A stretch of 25,914 nt of DNA from Chitinispirillaceae bacterium (GTDB lineage: Bacteria > Fibrobacterota > Chitinivibrionia > Chitinivibrionales > Chitinispirillaceae): contig DATAMG010000066.1 in the NCBI GenBank assembly GCA_036260705.1, positions 1-25,914 on the forward strand, given 5' to 3'. The notes beneath the pieces were generated by a model that was not told the DNA's origin, did not search any database, and saw only the letters and a list, made by a program, of their open reading frames with translations. Each line of letters starts with the position of its first letter. The first letter of the stretch is position 1. Shown in pieces: positions 17,953 to 25,368 of this stretch. A program made the position numbers and the translations under genes.

Positions 17953-19236
17953 ATGCTGATTATAAATAATGAATCAATGGATAAATATATTAAATCTCGA
18001 TATACTTATCAGAATATACAGGAAATTTTAAATGTTCTGGAAGCTCAAAAGACGCTGACTTTTTCTCCTTTAGATAACGGGCTTTTTCCTGCTGCCAAAA
18101 CTGGAAAAGAAACAGACTATACCGGATATTCTTCTATTTGGGTGAGAGATAATATCCATATAGCTCATGCTCATTCAGTGCTTGACAACTATGAAATTGC
18201 CCTGAAGACTATTAATGCTTTAATGTGCTATTTTAAAAAACACAAGAATCGGTTTGAAAAAATCATTTCTTTTCAATCAGATCCTTCTGATCCTATGAAC
18301 CGTCCGCATATCCGCTTTAATGGTTTTAACCTTGAGGAAATAGATCAGAAATGGGCACATGCTCAGAATGACGCTTTAGGCTATTTCTTATGGTTTTATT
18401 GTAAACTTGCTAATCAAGGCAGACTTAAAATTTTGGATGAGGATCTGGAATTATTACTTCTCTTTCCAAAATACTGGTCAACCATTCAGTTCTGGCAGGA
18501 TGAGGATAGTGGGCATTGGGAGGAAAATCGCAAAATTTCAGCTTCCAGCATTGGAGTTGTATTAGCTGCTTTACAAGAATTGAATCACTATTTATCCAAT
18601 CATAATCAAATAAAAATGGAGGTAATCGATCAGATAAAGTATTTGATTGGGATGGGTCAGCAGAGTTTAGATCTAATACTTCCATCAGAGTGCATTCAAT
18701 CTGATTCAAAGAAAAAAAGACGGTTTGATTCTGCTCTACTGTTTCTTATTTATCCTTTGGGGGTTGTAACTGGAAATATGGCAGATACAATCCTGAATGA
18801 TGTAATGACAAATCTGCAGGGTAAGTATGGAATCCGCCGGTATATTGGAGATTCTTATTGGTCAGCAGATTACAAAAAGAAACTCGAGCCCGGAGCACGG
18901 ACTGTTGATTTTAGCGACGATCTTTCTACAAGAGATTCTTTTCTTAAAGAAAATGAAGAAGCACAATGGTGCATATTTGATCCAATCATTTCAGTAATCT
19001 TTGGATTAAAATATCAGAAAACAAAGTCTGAACACGATTTTAACTTACAAATACACTATTTAAATCGTTCCCTTGGACAGATTACCGGTTTTCAAAGCAA
19101 TACAGGTGAATTTCTGTGCCCTGAAAGCTATTATTTGGAAGATGGTAAATATGTTCCAAGTGATCCGACTCCTCTTTATTGGACACAGGCTAATTTAATT
19201 TGCGCTCTTAAGACGATGGAACATTCTTTACAGTAA
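17953..19236 (+). CDS. Cytoplasmic glycoside hydrolase family 15-like (alpha/alpha)6-barrel protein (glucoamylase / phosphorylase-kinase alpha-beta-like)
   Basis: GH15 landmarks are present: YSSIWVRDN, the general-acid region DSGHWEEN, the general-base region FLCPESYY, and the closing PLYWTQANLI (compare PLTWSHA). There is no signal peptide. AAGGAG lies 6 nt upstream of the ATG. The gene starts 59 nt after the TIR gene stop. Confidence 0.75.
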   Translation: MLIINNESMDKYIKSRYTYQNIQEILNVLEAQKTLTFSPLDNGLFPAAKTGKETDYTGYSSIWVRDNIHIAHAHSVLDNYEIALKTINALMCYFKKHKNRFEKIISFQSDPSDPMNRPHIRFNGFNLEEIDQKWAHAQNDALGYFLWFYCKLANQGRLKILDEDLELLLLFPKYWSTIQFWQDEDSGHWEENRKISASSIGVVLAALQELNHYLSNHNQIKMEVIDQIKYLIGMGQQSLDLILPSECIQSDSKKKRRFDSALLFLIYPLGVVTGNMADTILNDVMTNLQGKYGIRRYIGDSYWSADYKKKLEPGARTVDFSDDLSTRDSFLKENEEAQWCIFDPIISVIFGLKYQKTKSEHDFNLQIHYLNRSLGQITGFQSNTGEFLCPESYYLEDGKYVPSDPTPLYWTQANLICALKTMEHSLQ

Positions 19237-19355
19237 ACGAATGTCAAAGTGAATGGAATCATATGAATACAGCATTGTGTCTCGCCAGACTATCCACAAA
19301 TTGCTCTGAAAAATTAAATTATCAATACCATCACCCCAAAAAGAAAAGAGACTGT

Positions 19356-19790
19356 ATGAAAACTTCTAATCTGAATTTTCTCCTGTTAACATTTCTCAGC
19401 TTAACTTTTGTATGGACAGCTGAGGGAAAGAAACCGGTTCAGGATTCTTCATTAACCCCCCTATCTGTGATAGAGAAGGCTTTTTTAAAAAAGACATCAA
19501 ACATTCAGGTAAAACAGGCTGGAACGATAATCAAATTATTACCAGATGACAACGATGGCGCCAGACATCAGAAGATGATAATAAAATTGGAAAATGGTCG
19601 CACACTTCTGATTTCACATAATATCGATCTGGCAAAGAGAATTCCGAATCCCAGAACTGGGAAAAATCTGAAATTCTATGGCGAATACGAATGGAATTCA
19701 AATGGTGGAGTCGTTCACTGGACTCATAAGGATCCCGGTGGTAAGCATATCAACGGTTGGTTGGAATACGAAGGGAAGAAATATCAGTGA
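19356..19790 (+). CDS. DUF3465-like secreted protein
   Basis: From the internal ATG at 19356 the product begins with a signal peptide (MKTSNLNFLLLTFLSLTFVWTAEG). The stretch LLPDDNDGARHQKMIIKLENGRTLLISHNIDLAKRIP...FYGEYEWNSNGGVVHWTHKDPGGKHINGW matches my memory of the DUF3465 consensus. The track's longer 19263 start adds a non-signal extension. Confidence 0.7.
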   Translation: MKTSNLNFLLLTFLSLTFVWTAEGKKPVQDSSLTPLSVIEKAFLKKTSNIQVKQAGTIIKLLPDDNDGARHQKMIIKLENGRTLLISHNIDLAKRIPNPRTGKNLKFYGEYEWNSNGGVVHWTHKDPGGKHINGWLEYEGKKYQ

Positions 19791-19944
19791 CGAGTGCAGA
19801 GTAACGAGTGGGGGAGCAGAGTGCCTACCCCAGTCGTACTCGAATTTGAAGCAAATTCACATTATAATTCGGTAGTACACAACGTACACTCTAATCTGCC
19901 TACAAACCTACCGCTACGATTGGCTCAATAACTATCTTATTTTC

Positions 19945-20682
19945 ATGGAACCTCAACAGACACATAACACTCATGACCACTATTTCCGGGAATCTGTCGA
20001 ACATCCAGAGATAATAAAAGACATATGCAGACTGACTATTCCAAAAAAGCTGCTTTCCATATTGGATTTAACTAAACTTGAAATAGTACACGATGTGTGG
20101 GTTGATAATGATCTAAGTATTCATTATGCAGATGTTCTGTACCGTGCACGGATTAAAGGAAAGAGACAGTGGGTCTATCTGCTGTTTGAGCATAAAAGTA
20201 GGATCAATGCTGATGTGTCTTATCAGATCCTTAGTTATATGATGCAGATCTGGGAGGAGTATCGTAAACAGAGCAGGCGTAACCTTAATAAGCACCCGCT
20301 TGTTATCTCAACCGTTTTATACCATGGTTATAAACCCTGGAAGAGATGCAATACTATAAAAGACATAACCGAAGTTTTAACAGATGCTGAAGATTATGTG
20401 CCTGAATTCAGGGCAAAAGTATTCGATGTGAGTGAATTATGTGAAACTCAATTGGGCAAAGTGAGCTTTTACGCTCAAGTGTTTCTTATTTCATTAAGAT
20501 ACTCTTATCATCCAGAAAAATGGGAAATTTTACCAGAGCTGATACAATTGTACCGTAAAGCAACTGGTAAGCAGAGGGAGTACCTGTCTGTATCATTCAA
20601 ATACATTTTGGGTTTGATGAATATAGGCAGAAAAAACAGCTTTTTGCAAAGGCAAGGGCGTATGATGGTGGGGATGAGTTGA
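19945..20682 (+). CDS. Rpn/YhgA-like (Transposase_31) PD-(D/E)XK recombination-promoting nuclease, N-terminal nuclease portion
   Basis: The sequence HDHYFRESVEHPEII...ADVLYRARIKGKRQWVYLLFEHKS...YQILSYMMQIWEEY fits the family pattern HD--FK ... D-(l/v) ... (l)-EHQ/K-S. The ORF ends at a TGA that overlaps the next ORF's ATG (TGATG at 20680-20684). Confidence 0.8.
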   Translation: MEPQQTHNTHDHYFRESVEHPEIIKDICRLTIPKKLLSILDLTKLEIVHDVWVDNDLSIHYADVLYRARIKGKRQWVYLLFEHKSRINADVSYQILSYMMQIWEEYRKQSRRNLNKHPLVISTVLYHGYKPWKRCNTIKDITEVLTDAEDYVPEFRAKVFDVSELCETQLGKVSFYAQVFLISLRYSYHPEKWEILPELIQLYRKATGKQREYLSVSFKYILGLMNIGRKNSFLQRQGRMMVGMS

Positions 20683-20921
20683 TGAGATCGATAGCAGATG
20701 TATTGCGTGATGAGGGCGTAAAAATAGGTGTAGGTAAGGGAATAAAAATAGGTGAGGAGATAGGCGAGAAGATAGGTGAGAAAAAGGTGCATAGTGAGAA
20801 TGAAATGCGGGATGCGAAAATGGTAATCAAAATGTATCATAAGGGTATTAGTATAAAAGACATACATGAGATAACCGGAATATCTATGCAGAAAATAAGG
20901 AAAATTCTAAAGAGTGACTGA
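20682..20921 (+). CDS. Rpn-family C-terminal region encoded as a separate, +1-shifted 79-aa ORF
   Basis: The sequence SIADVLRDEG-(KIGx repeats)-...MYHKGISIKDIHEITGISMQKIRKIL resembles the tail normally fused in frame to Rpn nucleases (SIAE-L-EEG repeat region plus a terminal HTH-like TG(L/I)S--EI--L). The ATG at 20682 overlaps the upstream stop. Confidence 0.6.
   Translation: MRSIADVLRDEGVKIGVGKGIKIGEEIGEKIGEKKVHSENEMRDAKMVIKMYHKGISIKDIHEITGISMQKIRKILKSD
20721..20780 (+). repeat. Imperfect 12-nt in-frame tandem repeat (a/g)a(a/g)ataggtgag
   Basis: The units are aaaataggtgag (20745-20756), gagataggcgag (20757-20768) and aagataggtgag (20769-20780), plus a partial aaaataggtg (20721-20730). Together they encode KIGVGKGIKIGEEIGEKIGEK. 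Confidence 0.8.
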
Positions 20922-21255
20922 AATTTTTCAGCAACGCTTAGTACTGGCTTTGAATGAAAATGCCATTTCCTTCATATAAATCTTGCTTAAAAGGTCCAGG
21001 GTCGATTTTTTCTTCACATCTCCTAAGGTACATTATAAATCTGGGGGGAGTGAAAATGATCAGGTTAACTATAAGTTAACTATAATAAGTAGGCTATCTT
21101 TCCAGCATAATAAGTGACCAGATAAGAATCTGCCATGTCACTTGATTTACCCCACTGCGGTTTCTTCCGCAAACCAGGATGGATTTATAGATCTGGATTC
21201 CATTTCCCGATCAACCCCCACCCGGAAAATAAATCAGCACCCCCCCAAAAAAACA

Positions 21256-23040
21256 TTAAAACCCTATCGCCGCAGCCCGCTCTCCTCTCATTTGACTTGT
21301 GTAAAGAGAATAATACCGGCCTTTTAATCCTATCAAATCAGAATGGCTGCCATCCTCAATAACCCTGCCTTCTCCGATGACAAGAATTCTGTCAGCACTC
21401 CGTATGGTCGAAAGTCTGTGAGCTATCACAAAACTGGTGCGTCCCTTTAAGAGTGTGGCAATGCCGTCCTGTATCAGATGTTCAGTAAGCGAATCGATTG
21501 AACTTGTCGCCTCATCCATGATTATAAGATCAGGATCAGAAACAAATACCCTGGCCAAACTTACTAACTGACGCTGTCCCATTGACAGTTTGCTGCCACC
21601 TTCACCAACCTCAGTATCATATCCATCGGGAAGCGACATGATTATTTCATGCGCATTTGCCATTTTCGCAGCATCAATGATCTGCTGGTCGGTAGCTTCA
21701 GGGTTTCCATATAGAATATTCTCCCTTACAGAGCCTGAAAACAGGTGAGGATGCTGCAACACCACTCCTATACGACTTTGCAAAGCTGACTGGGTATAAC
21801 TGCGATAATCTTTACCATCGAAAAGGATAGTACCCAAAACCGGTTCGTAATACCTTGCAACCAAATTAACAAGTGTAGACTTGCCTCCACCTGTTTCACC
21901 AACCAGTGCGATCATCTGCCCCGGTAGTACCTTCAGGTTAAGATTTTTAATTACAGGGTTGTCACTGCTGTAATGAAAACTGACATTACAAAACTCAACT
22001 TCACCTCTGAAACGAGCCTCAAGTTTCGCATCCGGCCTATCCTGAATATCGGATTTGGTATCGAGGAGAGTAAAAACCCTTTCTGCACTCGCAACCGATT
22101 GCTGCATCTCACCCATAACACGAGAGAGATCCAGAACCGGCCACATCATGAAGGTAATATACCCGATGAATGCTCTGAACTCTCCGGGAGTAAGTAAACC
22201 ATCCAGGAGCTGCCAGCCCCCAACAAGCAGAATTGCTGCAACCGCCAGAGTAGTAATAAATTGAACAAGTGGCAAAAATAACGCTGAAAGCCACCCGGCC
22301 CGAAACGATGCACCATGCATCTCCTGTGTGATCTGCTGAAAACAGCTGAGGTTCTTTTGCTCTCGGTTTAAAGCCTTAACTACTTTCACCCCTGCTATAT
22401 TCTCAGAGAACGCTTGAGTGATACGGGAATTTATAGATCTCACCTTGCGAAATTCCGTGATTATCAGTTTTTTGAAAAAAAGAGCCGTTAACACCAGTAC
22501 TGGAGCAATGAACGCCACCACCAGCGTCAAGCGGAAATTCATCCAGCCCATGAAAATAAAGGCCATGATTATATTTACCGATCCCCACACAATATCCAGT
22601 AACATCCATGAAGCCAACTGGGCTATGCGATGACTGTCACTTGTAATTCTGGACAATAACCACCCTGAGGAAGTTCTGTCAAAGAAAGAAAATGACAATG
22701 TCTGCAGATGCTCGAAGAGTCTGCGGCGAATATCGTACTGAATCTGCTCACCCAATCGTCCCGCACAGAAGAAAAAGACAAGCAAACTTATGCTGTTGAG
22801 CAGAAACATGCCTCCCAGTAACATCCCCCATCTCAATAGTTCATCCGGATTCTTCGAAGCAACACCCCTGTCAATCACAAGTGTTGATATATAGGTATTC
22901 ACTGAATCCATCAGCGCAGTAAAGCTTACTGCAACCAGAAACCCTACCATAAGTGGCCAGTGCGGGCGGGCAAGCCTCAGGATACGCACTAAGATCTGCC
23001 CCCGGAATTCTCCTTTATACGTAATATCTTCCAAACTCAT
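21256..23040 (-). CDS. ABC exporter fused permease/ATPase subunit (consensus Walker B, deviant signature)
   Basis: It has a six-helix TMD-type N-terminal half. NBD motifs are Walker A GETGGGKST, signature LSMGQRQ, Walker B LIIMDEATSSID and H-loop FVIAHRLST. The ATG overlaps the upstream gene's stop (ATGA). Confidence 0.92.
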   Translation of the reverse strand: MSLEDITYKGEFRGQILVRILRLARPHWPLMVGFLVAVSFTALMDSVNTYISTLVIDRGVASKNPDELLRWGMLLGGMFLLNSISLLVFFFCAGRLGEQIQYDIRRRLFEHLQTLSFSFFDRTSSGWLLSRITSDSHRIAQLASWMLLDIVWGSVNIIMAFIFMGWMNFRLTLVVAFIAPVLVLTALFFKKLIITEFRKVRSINSRITQAFSENIAGVKVVKALNREQKNLSCFQQITQEMHGASFRAGWLSALFLPLVQFITTLAVAAILLVGGWQLLDGLLTPGEFRAFIGYITFMMWPVLDLSRVMGEMQQSVASAERVFTLLDTKSDIQDRPDAKLEARFRGEVEFCNVSFHYSSDNPVIKNLNLKVLPGQMIALVGETGGGKSTLVNLVARYYEPVLGTILFDGKDYRSYTQSALQSRIGVVLQHPHLFSGSVRENILYGNPEATDQQIIDAAKMANAHEIIMSLPDGYDTEVGEGGSKLSMGQRQLVSLARVFVSDPDLIIMDEATSSIDSLTEHLIQDGIATLLKGRTSFVIAHRLSTIRSADRILVIGEGRVIEDGSHSDLIGLKGRYYSLYTSQMRGERAAAIGF

Positions 23041-24893
23041 AATAATCCCTTTGCTTCAGCTAAATTCCCTGTTTTACCAACGCTTTCATTCCCGACTTCT
23101 TTCTCTACCCGGGCCTGGATTTCAAATATATCCCGGTACAATCCTGACTTGCTGACCAGTTCCTGATGAGTACCCATCTGCACTATTTGCCCCTCGCTCA
23201 TAACTAAAATTTTATCTGCCTTCATCAGGCTTTGTATCCGGTGTGCAATAATAAAGGTAGTGCGTCCTTCCATCAATCTGTCAAGAGAATTCTGGATCTG
23301 AATTTCCGTACCAGCATCAACTGCTGAGGTGGAATCGTCCATAATGAGAATAAGGGGATTCTTCAGAAGTGCCCGTGCTATTGCAATGCGCTGTTTCTGG
23401 CCACCGGAGAGGCTCACACCTTTCTCTCCAACAAGAGTATCATAACCATCCTTAAACTCCATTATGGAATCGTGAATAGCTGCTGCTTTCGCCGCATTTT
23501 CCACCTCCTCACGTGTTACCTGACGATGCAGACCATAAGCAATGTTGGCCTCAATTGTGTCGGTAAAGAGAAATGGGTCCTGCTCAACCATTCCAATGTG
23601 ATTACGCAGGCTCTGGCGGCTATACTTATTGATCGATATACCATCAAGCCGAATCTCTCCACCTGTTACATTATAAAAACGGGGTATCAGATTTACTATC
23701 GAGCTTTTTCCACAACCCGTTTTACCGATCAGAGCAACCGTCTCTCCCTGTTTGCATGAAAATGAAACATCTTTAAGGACCGGAGTATTGTCAACATAGG
23801 AAAAATGTACATGATCAAAAATAATCTCGCCTCTTACCTGTTCAGTAACGATTCCCGCTTCATCATCAGTACACTCCTGTTCCTGCTGAAGTATTTCACT
23901 TATTCTGGCAAAAGAGACCACTCCACGGGAGATTTCAGTGACCAGACGTCCCAGTTCCTGTATAGGCCAGATAAGTGAATTTATCAGAAATGATGCGGCA
24001 ATCATACTCCCCAGAGTCAGATCCCCCCTCATCACCATATAACCAGCGTATATTATCGCTGCAATCGACTGTAAACCGCAAAGTAAATGAGCTGTTGGCC
24101 AGTAAAGCGTATGCCAAAAAATGACCCGAAAACCTTTTTCCCTCTGAAGACGGTTTCTCTTGTCAAAATCTGCACACTCCTGGTCGTGACGTGCAAAGGA
24201 GCGAACGACACGGTTTCCAACAATGTTTTCCTGAACAAACGTAGTCAGGACCGCCTCCTGATCCTGATGTTCCCCGTACGCCCGGTATATCCGGTTGAAA
24301 AAAAACACCGACACACCAGCAATCAGAGGCACAATAATCGAGGACAGCAATGCAAGCTTTACACTGATAATGGATAACGCTGCGAAATTTATCAGAAAGA
24401 GTGATACAATCCTTATAACCCCCAGCATGTGGTCAGCAAAAAACCTTCGCACTGAATCAACATCGGAAGTCGTTCTCTGAACCAATTCACCCGAAGGCAT
24501 ATTATCATGATAAGAAAACGAAAGCTTCTGGATATGATCAAAGAGACTCTCCCTTAAATTTTGTGCAAGGTTCTCTGCTGCTAAAACACGGCCACGCCCC
24601 TCAAGAAATGAAAAGAAGCCCTGTATTATCACTATGCCAAGATAAAATAGGGCTGCAGCTGCTACACCAGTTATAGCAAGCCGCCTCTCTAAAACACCAT
24701 CAACAACATGGCGAATAACCATTCTGCTGAATGCTTCCAGGGCTACTGCAATAATCAAAACTAAAACAGTTCCTGTTAACAATCCCTTTTCTTCAGCAGC
24801 AAAGTGCAATAGTCCGCTGATCGTGTTTCCTCTGTGATGCACTTTGACTTTTGTCTTTTTTTTCACCTGAATAATCCTTCTCAAAAATTTCAT
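23037..24893 (-). CDS. ABC exporter fused permease/ATPase subunit (degenerate Walker B Asp, canonical signature)
   Basis: NBD motifs are Walker A GKTGCGKSS, signature LSGGQKQR, Walker B LILIMDDSTSAVD (Asp where the catalytic Glu is expected) and H-loop FIIAHRIQS. I chose the first ATG (24893, MKFLRRI...). The track's 24935 start is a TTG lying inside the U-tract of the upstream terminator. Confidence 0.9.
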   Translation of the reverse strand: MKFLRRIIQVKKKTKVKVHHRGNTISGLLHFAAEEKGLLTGTVLVLIIAVALEAFSRMVIRHVVDGVLERRLAITGVAAAALFYLGIVIIQGFFSFLEGRGRVLAAENLAQNLRESLFDHIQKLSFSYHDNMPSGELVQRTTSDVDSVRRFFADHMLGVIRIVSLFLINFAALSIISVKLALLSSIIVPLIAGVSVFFFNRIYRAYGEHQDQEAVLTTFVQENIVGNRVVRSFARHDQECADFDKRNRLQREKGFRVIFWHTLYWPTAHLLCGLQSIAAIIYAGYMVMRGDLTLGSMIAASFLINSLIWPIQELGRLVTEISRGVVSFARISEILQQEQECTDDEAGIVTEQVRGEIIFDHVHFSYVDNTPVLKDVSFSCKQGETVALIGKTGCGKSSIVNLIPRFYNVTGGEIRLDGISINKYSRQSLRNHIGMVEQDPFLFTDTIEANIAYGLHRQVTREEVENAAKAAAIHDSIMEFKDGYDTLVGEKGVSLSGGQKQRIAIARALLKNPLILIMDDSTSAVDAGTEIQIQNSLDRLMEGRTTFIIAHRIQSLMKADKILVMSEGQIVQMGTHQELVSKSGLYRDIFEIQARVEKEVGNESVGKTGNLAEAKGLL

Positions 24894-24933
24894 CTTATCG
24901 TTAATTTGAATCGTTTTAATCCTGCAGCTATGC

Positions 24934-24977
24934 AAAAAAAAAGCCGCGGATCACTTTCAGTTATCCGCGGCTTTTTT
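24934..24977 (-). terminator. Strong intrinsic (bidirectional-type) terminator hairpin immediately upstream of the ABC operon
   Basis: A perfect 10-bp stem, agccgcggat/atccgcggct (24942-24951 / 24963-24972), encloses an 11-nt loop. It is flanked by A9 (24934-24942) and T6 (24972-24977). On the minus strand the hairpin is followed by U9. Confidence 0.8.
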
Positions 24978-25003
24978 AATATCTTTATTATGTAAATACA
25001 GAT

Positions 25004-25090
25004 CTATTGCGCGGACCTCCAGACACTCCTTGTTTCAAAGCGGGCAAGTGCCACAATGGTTATAATGTTTGATGGGTTGCAATGAAACAT
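25004..25090 (-). CDS. Candidate 28-aa upstream/leader ORF (MFHCNPSNIITIVALARFETRSVWRSAQ)
   Basis: The ATG is at 25090-25088 and the TAG at 25006-25004. AAGGAG lies 11 nt upstream. The stop lies 26 nt before the first base (24977) of the A/U-extended terminator hairpin. It is not in the ORF track because it is under 60 aa. Confidence 0.4.
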   Translation of the reverse strand: MFHCNPSNIITIVALARFETRSVWRSAQ

Positions 25091-25121
25091 TTGATCCGAC
25101 GCTCCTTTTTGATTGTCATCT

Positions 25122-25150
25122 AAATTACATTATCAGATTCAGAAAATCAA
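25122..25150 (-). promoter_or_regulatory. Sigma70-like promoter candidate for the leader ORF / ABC operon
   Basis: On the minus strand: TTGATT (25150-25145), a 17-nt spacer, then TAATTT (25127-25122), about 30 nt upstream of the leader ATG. Confidence 0.3.
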
Positions 25151-25368
25151 TGGAAATGAGATAAAGCTCACCCACTGTCCTCCTCCCCTTAGAGGCGATG
25201 GGTGAAGATGCTCTCTTAAAATTGTTTCTTGAACGGGGACGATTGTGTAATATCGATTATCTTGCCAGCCTGAAATCCTCACATTAATTTATACTCATTC
25301 TCTTTCCCCAAAGTTCACTTTTCCATGGTTAAATTTAAACCTTCTGCCCATAAGGAGAAATCCGTATT

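Noticed and set aside
19263-19355. Longer 175-aa version of the DUF3465-like ORF
   Set aside because: The extra 31 residues (MNTALCLARLSTNCSEKLNYQYHHPKKKRDC) would bury the obvious signal peptide that begins at the internal Met. The start at 19356 is preferred.
20508-20867. 119-aa and 77-aa minus-strand ORFs across the Rpn tail
   Set aside because: They are antisense to the Rpn C-terminal coding region. Their repetitive products (…SPIFSPISSPIF…) are just the reverse-complement reading of the 12-nt tandem repeat.
21064-21085. Exact tandem duplication of the 11-mer gttaactataa
   Set aside because: There are only two copies in an AT-rich spacer, with no associated ORF, inverted-repeat partner or mobile-element gene boundary. 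It is likely a chance event or a replication-slippage product.
21240-21253. C7A7 homopolymer pair, with nearby G-runs on the minus strand, just after the ABC operon stop, considered as a phase-variation tract or G-quadruplex
   Set aside because: It lies in the non-coding 3' flank, so slippage would not change any ORF. The G-runs are separated by a ~16-nt loop, making a stable G4 doubtful. There is no supporting hairpin for a terminator either.
24894-24935. TTG-initiated 14-codon N-terminal extension of the upstream ABC subunit
   Set aside because: The proposed TTG sits within the U-tract of the terminator hairpin and has no RBS. The first ATG at 24893 gives a normal N-terminus.
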